Assembly: GCA_023261815.1 (NCBI GenBank)
Contig: JALNKA010000011.1
Location: 1 to 28,199, forward strand
Length of the DNA stretch: 28,199 nucleotides
Source: Candidatus Wolframiiraptor sinensis
Lineage (GTDB): Archaea; Thermoproteota; Nitrososphaeria_A; Caldarchaeales; Wolframiiraptoraceae
Direction of reading: 5' to 3'
Positions 26,293 to 28,199 of the stretch are shown here, piece after piece. Every line of letters starts with the position of its first letter. Within the stretch, counting starts at the first letter, position 1. The notes beneath the pieces were generated by a model that saw nothing but the letters and a program-made list of their open reading frames with translations, was not told the origin of the DNA and did no database searches. The translations under genes were made by a program, and so were the position numbers.

Positions 26293-26318
26293 TGGGTTTT
26301 GCGGGCTAGGAGCCTGGA

Positions 26319-27155
26319 ATGAGCTTACTGGTCGAGCTGCTGATGAATGCCTCTAGGGCGGGCGAGAGAAAGGTGCCCATCCTAGATCTAGCCGGAAATA
26401 GGGTTGGCGAGATCACACTCCCCAAGACATTTCTAGCCCCGCTTCGGGAGGATCTGGTCTGGAGAGCCTTCATACACCTCCAAACCCACGTTCTCCAGCC
26501 CAAGGGCGCATTCAAGGGATCCGGCCACAAGTATTCTGTCGAGTCCCTTGGAGCTGGCCATGGCATCGCCAGGGTCTCTAGAATAAGAGCTCATGGCACT
26601 GGAAAGGCTTGGGCTGGCGGAATGGTGAACTCGGCCGTGGGCGGCAGACCAGGTCATCCGCCGGTGCCAGAGAAGAAGATTCACAAGGATCTTAATGAGA
26701 AGGAGAAGAGGGCCGCGTTGGCTGTCGCGGTGGCCTTCACGGGAAGCCGTGAGGCGGTTAAGGCGAGAGGCCATAGAATTCCCGAGGACATGGCGCTTCC
26801 AATAGTCGTCGATGACGCGCTTCAGTCGATCGCGAGGACTAGGGAGGTTAGAGAATTCCTCGAGAAGATCGGCCTCGGCGAGGAGCTGGAACGATGCAAG
26901 GAGAAGAAGATCAGGGCTGGGAAGGGCAAGCGGAGGGGCCGAAGGTATAAGCGGAGGGTCGGCCCACTAATAGTGATACTCGAGGATCAGGGAATCGAAG
27001 AGGCCGCGGAGAACATTCCGGGAGTAGATGTCGTGAAGTTGAAGGATCTGAGCGTTCTGCACTTGGCGCCCGGCGCCGTGCCCGGGAGGCTCACGATATG
27101 GACAAAATCAGCCCTGGAAAAGCTGGATGAAAAGATTCTGGGTGGTCTGGCATGA
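26319..27155 (+). CDS. rpl4: 50S ribosomal protein L4
   Basis: [49 protein letters not shown]. Confidence 0.96.
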   Translation: MSLLVELLMNASRAGERKVPILDLAGNRVGEITLPKTFLAPLREDLVWRAFIHLQTHVLQPKGAFKGSGHKYSVESLGAGHGIARVSRIRAHGTGKAWAGGMVNSAVGGRPGHPPVPEKKIHKDLNEKEKRAALAVAVAFTGSREAVKARGHRIPEDMALPIVVDDALQSIARTREVREFLEKIGLGEELERCKEKKIRAGKGKRRGRRYKRRVGPLIVILEDQGIEEAAENIPGVDVVKLKDLSVLHLAPGAVPGRLTIWTKSALEKLDEKILGGLA

Positions 27156-27412
27156 GGTCATCGGAAGTGATCAAGAGGATCGTGATAACGCAGGACGCGG
27201 TCTCGCTCATCGAGAAGGAGAATAAGCTCACTTTCATAGTGGATTTGAGGGCCACGAAGGCGGATGTCAAAAGGGCCGTAGAAGAGCTGTATGGCGTGAA
27301 GGTGGAGAAGGTGAATACGATGATTACGCCGAGGGGCGAGAAGAAGGCCTACGTAAAGCTCAGCCCAGAATACAAAGCAGCAGACCTCGCAGTCGAGCTC
27401 GGAATACTCTAG
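27152..27412 (+). CDS. rpl23: 50S ribosomal protein L23
   Basis: [35 protein letters not shown]. Confidence 0.96.
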   Translation: MRSSEVIKRIVITQDAVSLIEKENKLTFIVDLRATKADVKRAVEELYGVKVEKVNTMITPRGEKKAYVKLSPEYKAADLAVELGIL

Positions 27413-27457
27413 CCCTCCAGCAAAGATTATAGCCCCTCGCCAGAGCATTATCATTGG

Positions 27458-28037
27458 ATGAAGGGCCTCCGGATAGCGCTAGTAATCGCGGTCATATTGG
27501 TGGCCATCGTTAGCATGACTGTCTATTTCACGCAGCCCGAGATCTCTGGAAAACCTCTCACAACCACTACGAGCATCCGAAGATTCATTCTCGAGAGCCC
27601 GGCCTTCGGCGATGGCGAGAGAATTCCGGAAAAATATACTTGTGATGGCCTCGATATCTCCCCGCCTCTCCAGTGGAGGGGTTATCCGCCCGAGACCAGA
27701 AGCTTCATACTGATAATGGAGGATCCGGATGCTCCCGGAGGAACCTTCACTCACTGGATAATCTACAATATGCCCGCGGATGCGAATAGGCTCGAGGAGG
27801 GGGTTAAGCCGCTAGAGGAGCTTCCGGAGGAATTATGCAAGGCGTGAATGATTTCGGGAGGATCGGATACGGCGGCCCATGCCCGCCGCCCGGAAAACCC
27901 CATAGATACATCTTCAAGCTCTATGCTTTGGACACGAGGCTCGAGCTCGGCCCAGCCACCTCACTGGAAGACGTCCTAAAGCTGATGAGCGGCCACTTCT
28001 AGCGGAGGCGACGCTGACAGGAATATACTCGAGATGA
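27458..28037 (+). pseudogene. YbhB/YbcL (PEBP/RKIP-like) protein with an N-terminal TM, broken by two single-base frameshifts
   Basis: YTCDG.DISPPL.W, DPDAP.GTFTHW in frame 1; [16 protein letters not shown]...HRY.FKLYALD from 27835; [12 protein letters not shown] from 27999. Confidence 0.8.
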
Positions 28038-28199
28038 TATTGATGCATAAGGCAATAAAATACTTGGGACTAAATAAGCCGAATGAGAAAACATAAAGAG
28101 AATCTGAGGAGAGGAATATAGAGGAATATGAGGAAAATTGCGGCGGCAATGCTGGGAGGTATTTAAATACACCGACGTCTAGCTTACTGAGTAGGAAAG

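Noticed and set aside
28038-28199. AT-rich, leader-like end with GAGGAATAT twice, TATTTAAATA and terminal GAAAG
   Set aside because: Could precede a CRISPR array or simply be a promoter; no repeat unit is visible within the window.

Overview
Archaeal (TACK-like, probably Nitrososphaerota/Caldarchaeales-type; inferred from rpl13e, rpl3-rpl4-rpl23 without rpl2, and a BHB tRNA intron) chromosomal window. Most of it is housekeeping: two MFS transporters, a bacterial-type PfkA, MetB-like lyase, a modified mevalonate pathway trio (UbiD/AcnX-L/AcnX-S), SufC/SufB (SmsCB-like), PriL and ribosomal proteins. The standout is a ~1.3 kb AT-richer element (about 1922-3256) sitting inside tRNA-Thr(TGT). It leaves a 28-nt 5' tRNA fragment on the left and carries its own promoter-like region plus a 5' tRNA fragment that rebuilds the intron-containing tRNA on the right. 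It encodes a compact IS110/Tas-like RuvC protein with no obvious catalytic-serine loop, followed by a ~130-nt hairpin. The symmetric 13x13 internal loop of that hairpin holds two 9-nt segments that together spell, on opposite strands, the tRNA insertion site (15/18 identity, with the breakpoint exactly between the halves). This looks like a single-loop, RNA-guided, tRNA-homing and tRNA-restoring mobile element. Also noted: a candidate C/D-box sRNA, an unannotated Zn-ribbon small ORF, a solo HEPN gene inside the rpl3-rpl4 operon, an AEP fusion, a stand-alone LigD phosphoesterase and two frameshifted genes. All protein calls come from motif recognition by eye; no database searches were run.
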